Virus record (IMG/VR): IMGVR_UViG_2513020041_000003
Direction: 5' to 3' (one strand)
DNA from: a virus
Lineage: Duplodnaviria; Heunggongvirae; Uroviricota; Caudoviricetes
Length of the DNA stretch: 3,166 nucleotides
Position 1 is the stretch's first letter; the number at the start of each line of letters is the position of its first letter. The notes below the pieces were generated by a model. That model did not search any database, had not been told where the DNA came from, and saw nothing but the letters and a program-made list of their open reading frames with translations. Shown piece after piece: positions 1-3,166 of this stretch. The position numbers and the translations under genes were made by a program.

Positions 1-144
1 GCTGCTTATCTGTCTGATAGTGTTAACCAGTTGCGTGCCGAAGCAAAAAAATATGCCATACGCAAACCCGCTGATGAGCGGGTTTTGTGCTTTAAATGGG
101 GCAATGGTAATGTTGAATCTCATCCCGGGACTCATGTCTGTTAA
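1..144 (+). CDS. Rz-like i-spanin C-terminal coding fragment, 5' end outside the window (or a remnant copy)
   Basis: Nt 1-20 are identical to nt 3147-3166 and in the same codon phase as the Rz ORF at the 3' end. Translation from nt 1 reads AAYLSDSVNQLRAEAKKYAIRKPADERVLCFKWGNGNVESHPGTHVC*, which is coiled-coil-like at first. The frame reads through a terminator-like hairpin at 64-93, so the true coding end is uncertain and may be near nt 63. Confidence 0.4.
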   Translation, partial: AAYLSDSVNQLRAEAKKYAIRKPADERVLCFKWGNGNVESHPGTHVC

Positions 145-163
145 CTTATTATTTAGCTGGTGA
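2..163 (+). CDS. Rz1-like o-spanin lipoprotein frame (lipobox and mature region), 5' end outside the window or a remnant
   Basis: The +1 frame relative to Rz encodes LLICLIVLTSCVPKQKNMPYANP..., with lipobox L-T-S-C (Cys codon 32-34) and a Pro-containing mature region. This continues the signal-peptide start [18 protein letters not shown] found at 3112-3166. Downstream of ~nt 63 the frame crosses the hairpin and becomes hydrophobic, so the end is uncertain. Confidence 0.4.
   Translation: MLICLIVLTSCVPKQKNMPYANPLMSGFCALNGAMVMLNLIPGLMSVNLLFSW
64..93 (+). terminator. Terminator-like hairpin, plus-strand orientation
   Basis: Perfect 9-bp stem AAACCCGCT (64-72) / AGCGGGTTT (77-85) with loop GATG, followed by the T-rich stretch TGTGCTTT. 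It lies inside the formally open spanin frames. Confidence 0.45.
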
Positions 164-378
164 CTTGGTTATTTGCCTGATGTTTAAAATGTTTTCTTCC
201 AGTACAATGTCCCTAAACACAATGAGTCTGCTTATTATATTATTAGCAGAGCTATTACGGCCAAAGTACAGCATAAGCTTTTAAAGCCAATCAACCAGTC
301 ATCAAGACAGACGGGGTTATTCATAAAAACTCTCCATGTGTGATCCGATGGGGCCTGAAATTAAAGCTTTAATATAGC

Positions 379-591
379 TCATGAAAGGTAAACATTGGCA
401 GCTGAAGGGCCACGCAGACCATTTATCCGGCAAAATTCCACGCGTAATCCGGTGGTAATTTCTTCTGCATCGCGGAGATTGAGCGCTGAAACATGAAGCT
501 GGACATCGATACGACCATCGGATGGGGTGATAAGACCCTTGCCGCTTTTGCCGTCAAAGGTTTTGACAATTCCTGTCATTTTACGGGACAA
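379..591 (-). CDS. cspF: Cold-shock protein, CspF/CspH subfamily (70 aa)
   Basis: The 70-aa product has the cold-shock-domain hallmarks ([14 protein letters not shown]-terminus, [20 protein letters not shown]-terminus). The apparent start codon is TTG at 589-591, preceded by AAGGA with a 6-nt spacer and an in-frame TAA four codons upstream. The first ATG is 4 codons downstream (577-579). It is divergent from cspB, as I recall for Qin. Confidence 0.85.
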
Positions 592-891
592 AAAAATTCC
601 TTAATACTGATAACTTGGCGCACTATACACACGTTCCTGAAGAAAGCTATAGTTTTTTGATGGGGTTGAAGATGGCTGGATGTCTAAAATAAACATTGCT
701 TCATATGTTCAACTATGCGTTAATGATTGCGTCGGTTTGAAGAACAGACGATATACGAAGTAGTTTACTAAAGCAGTTCTCATTTCAGGTGTTATTCACT
801 TATTCCTTCTTTGAGTCTCTCCAATTAAGTACGAAGTCGTTTCTGTTATGCAAACCATTTATGCCGAAAGGCTCAAGTTAAGGAATGTAGA
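592..891. promoter_or_regulatory. Divergent cspF/cspB control region (promoters and long 5' UTRs, not mapped precisely)
   Basis: A 300-bp AT-rich intergenic region lies between the two divergently transcribed csp genes. Both genes share the ribosome-binding context TTAAGGAAT about 6 nt before the start codon. Csp-family mRNAs are known to have long 5' UTRs. No confident -35/-10 assignment could be made. Confidence 0.35.
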
Positions 892-1107
892 ATGTCAAAT
901 AAAATGACTGGTTTAGTAAAATGGTTTAACGCTGATAAAGGTTTCGGCTTTATTTCTCCTGTTGATGGTAGTAAAGATGTGTTTGTGCATTTTTCTGCGA
1001 TTCAGAATGATAATTATCGAACCTTATTTGAAGGTCAAAAGGTTACCTTCTCTATAGAGAGTGGTGCTAAAGGTCCTGCAGCAGCAAATGTCATCATTAC
1101 TGATTAA
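892..1107 (+). CDS. cspB: Cold-shock protein CspB-like (71 aa, CspA family)
   Basis: ATG start at 892 with AAGGAA (880-885) 6 nt upstream. The product [38 protein letters not shown]... carries the RNP1-like KGFGFI and RNP2-like VFVHF motifs of the CspA family. Confidence 0.92.
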   Translation: MSNKMTGLVKWFNADKGFGFISPVDGSKDVFVHFSAIQNDNYRTLFEGQKVTFSIESGAKGPAAANVIITD

Positions 1108-1218
1108 AATTCATCGCTCGTCTGTATACGATAACGAAGAAGGCTGATGCCTGAGTAGAGATACGGACAGAGTAGTGAATATTGGATCTCTTTAATAAAA
1201 AGTAAGGAGGTCCAATAC

Positions 1219-1254
1219 ATGAAACAATGGCTAGCATATTTGGCAAAATCTTAA
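1219..1254 (+). CDS. Candidate 11-codon small ORF (MKQWLAYLAKS) behind a consensus Shine-Dalgarno
   Basis: TAAGGAGGT at 1203-1211, an 8-nt spacer, ATG at 1219 and TAA at 1252. No homology is recognised. It could be a leader peptide, a small protein, or a chance motif. Confidence 0.2.
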   Translation: MKQWLAYLAKS

Positions 1255-1388
1255 TCAGGAAAAGTATGCTAACCATTGTGGTGAAGTGCAGGTTTGCTGC
1301 ATGAATAGTTTTACAGCAGAAGCTAACTGCTGGCATGGCAAAACAAAGTGCGTAAGTGGATGACTCCCACAAAAAGCACCACAATCTC

Positions 1389-1416
1389 AAACCCGCTCAG
1401 GCGGGTTTTTTATTAT
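1389..1416 (+). terminator. Rho-independent terminator, probably bidirectional
   Basis: Stem AAACCCGC (1389-1396) / GCGGGTTT (1401-1408), loop TCAG, then a T-tract TTTTTTATTAT on the plus strand. On the minus strand the same stem is followed by TTTGAG, a weaker tract. It sits between the cspB-side unit and the convergent zinc-ribbon ORF. Confidence 0.7.
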
Positions 1417-1470
1417 CTGCTTTAAATATATTATTAAAATATAAAAAATACTTGTTACTAATAAAATCAA

Positions 1471-1641
1471 TCAGGCTACAGCTTTAAGATTTGTCTGGAA
1501 TACTTTGTTGCAATGAGGGCAGATCAAAAGGGCACCTTTTTGTACTCTTGAAAAACTGTGTTCTGACTCTTGGGTGCAGTTTGGGCAGGAACATTTAACG
1601 AGATAATTACGGCGTGATTTTGAGTTTTTACGTTCTGACAT
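1471..1641 (-). CDS. Small C4 zinc-ribbon protein (56 aa; alternative 73-aa form from ATG at 1690-1692)
   Basis: MSERKNSKSRRNYLVKCSCPNCTQESEHSFSRVQKGALLICPHCNKVFQTNLKAVA has CxxC-x18-CxxC and a basic N-terminus. The internal ATG (1639-1641) is preceded by AGGAAAAG with a ~7-nt spacer, whereas the upstream ATG lacks a good SD and adds a hydrophobic 17-aa extension. It may correspond to a small putative zinc-binding protein annotated in K-12 Qin (ynfU, if I recall correctly), but I cannot verify that. Confidence 0.55.
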   Translation of the reverse strand: MSERKNSKSRRNYLVKCSCPNCTQESEHSFSRVQKGALLICPHCNKVFQTNLKAVA

Positions 1642-1860
1642 AGGCTTTTCCTGTATAAATGGCCGTATACAGTACACTAAATATGAAAACATTTCTCGTA
1701 TTATTATTTTATATATGACTTTCTTTCAAAATAATTACCCACATTTTTAATGTGTATGTTTTTTTAGCGCCGTTGAGAACAACGTGTGCTGTCAAAACTA
1801 CCCCGTAGACTCCGATCTTTTCAAACATATTGCACCATCCGTGTACATCGGGGTGAGGAT

Positions 1861-2076
1861 ATGAAATCAATGGATAAGTTAACAACAGGTGTTGCCTATG
1901 GCACATCGGCGGGTAATGCTGGTTTCTGGGCATTGCAGTTACTCGATAAAGTAACTCCGTCACAGTGGGCTGCAATCGGTGTGCTGGGTAGCCTGGTTTT
2001 TGGCCTGCTGACGTATCTGACAAATCTTTATTTCAAGATTAAAGAAGACAGGCGTAAGGCTGCGAGAGGAGAGTAA
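1861..2076 (+). CDS. essQ: Class II pinholin, phage 21 S-type (71 aa) with dual-start motif
   Basis: N-terminus MKSMDK gives two in-frame starts (Met1 at 1861, Met4 at 1870), as in the S21 antiholin/holin pair. It has two predicted TMDs ([19 protein letters not shown], Gly/Ala-rich; [23 protein letters not shown]) and a charged C-terminal tail [24 protein letters not shown] purine tract lies immediately upstream. The gene name is by remembered synteny with K-12 Qin. Confidence 0.9.
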   Translation: MKSMDKLTTGVAYGTSAGNAGFWALQLLDKVTPSQWAAIGVLGSLVFGLLTYLTNLYFKIKEDRRKAARGE

Positions 2077-2080
2077 TCCA

Positions 2081-2388
2081 ATGACTCAAGACTATGAACT
2101 GGTTGTGAAAGGAGTCCGTAATTTTGAGAATAAAGTTACGGTAACTGTAGCCTTACAGGACAAAGAACGCTTTGACGGTGAAATTTTTGACCTGGATGTC
2201 GCCATGGACCGTGTTGAAGGAGCTGCGCTGGAGTTTTATGAGGCAGCAGCCAGAAGGAGCGTCCGGCAAGTCTTCCTGGAAGTAGCAGAAAAATTGTCAG
2301 AAAAAGTTGAGTCTTATCTGCAGCATCAGTACTCCTTTAAGATTGAAAATCCTGCCAATAAGCACGAGCGTCCTCATCATAAATATCT

Positions 2389-2392
<4 letters not shown>
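2081..2392 (+). CDS. ydfR: DUF1327-family protein (YdfR-like, 103 aa), function unknown, inside the lysis cassette
   Basis: ATG at 2081 lies 4 nt after the holin stop, with AGAGGAGAG 7 nt upstream. The product is acidic and soluble with no TMD. Its stop (TGA 2390-2392) overlaps the endolysin start (ATG 2389-2391) as ATGA. The position between essQ and rrrQ matches what I recall of Qin. Confidence 0.85.

Positions 2393-3166
<774 letters not shown>

Noticed and set aside
180-284. 34-codon plus-strand ORF ([34 protein letters not shown])
   Set aside because: No Shine-Dalgarno, low-complexity product, and it sits in the AT-rich region downstream of cspF. No evidence for coding.
1097-1390. 97-aa minus-strand ORF (MRLWCFLWESSTYALCF...)
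   Set aside because: Low-complexity Cys/Phe/Leu-rich product with no recognisable domain and no convincing RBS. It overlaps the cspB 3' end and the SD-led plus-strand micro-ORF. Most likely a chance ORF in AT-rich sequence.
1642-1692. 17-aa N-terminal extension (MFSYLVYCIRPFIQEKP) of the zinc-ribbon ORF
   Set aside because: The upstream ATG has a poor RBS and the extension is hydrophobic and unlike the rest of the protein. The internal ATG with AGGAAAAG upstream is the more plausible start, though the longer form is not excluded.
1709-2023. 104-aa minus-strand ORF antisense to the holin
   Set aside because: It lies entirely opposite the holin gene and upstream leader, and the product (Pro/His-rich, no domain) looks like a shadow ORF.
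1786-2076. Extended 96-aa holin ORF starting at 1786
   Set aside because: The track start is a GTG with no SD. The S21-type N-terminus MKSMDK and the purine-rich tract support ATG 1861 (and 1870) as the real starts, and the extension is not holin-like.

Overview
This window looks like the late/lysis region of a lambdoid (phage 21 / E. coli Qin-like) prophage. Reading left to right: a short spanin-gene tail (1-~63) and a terminator-like hairpin; a divergent pair of cold-shock paralogs (cspF/cspH-like on the minus strand, cspB-like on the plus strand); a ~300-nt cspB-downstream region with a tiny Shine-Dalgarno-led ORF and a bidirectional terminator; a small antisense C4 zinc-ribbon ORF; then a lysis cassette of S21-type pinholin, a DUF1327 (ydfR-like) gene, a SAR endolysin, and Rz/Rz1 spanins that run off the 3' edge. 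The first and last 20 nt of the window are identical, and the Rz and Rz1 reading frames continue sensibly from the 3' end into the 5' end, so the locus is circularly permuted, tandemly repeated, or carries a duplicated spanin remnant. Gene names are from family recognition and remembered synteny with K-12 Qin, not from any search. The most interesting unexplained items are the DUF1327 gene coupled inside the lysis cassette, the antisense zinc-ribbon ORF, and the terminal junction.
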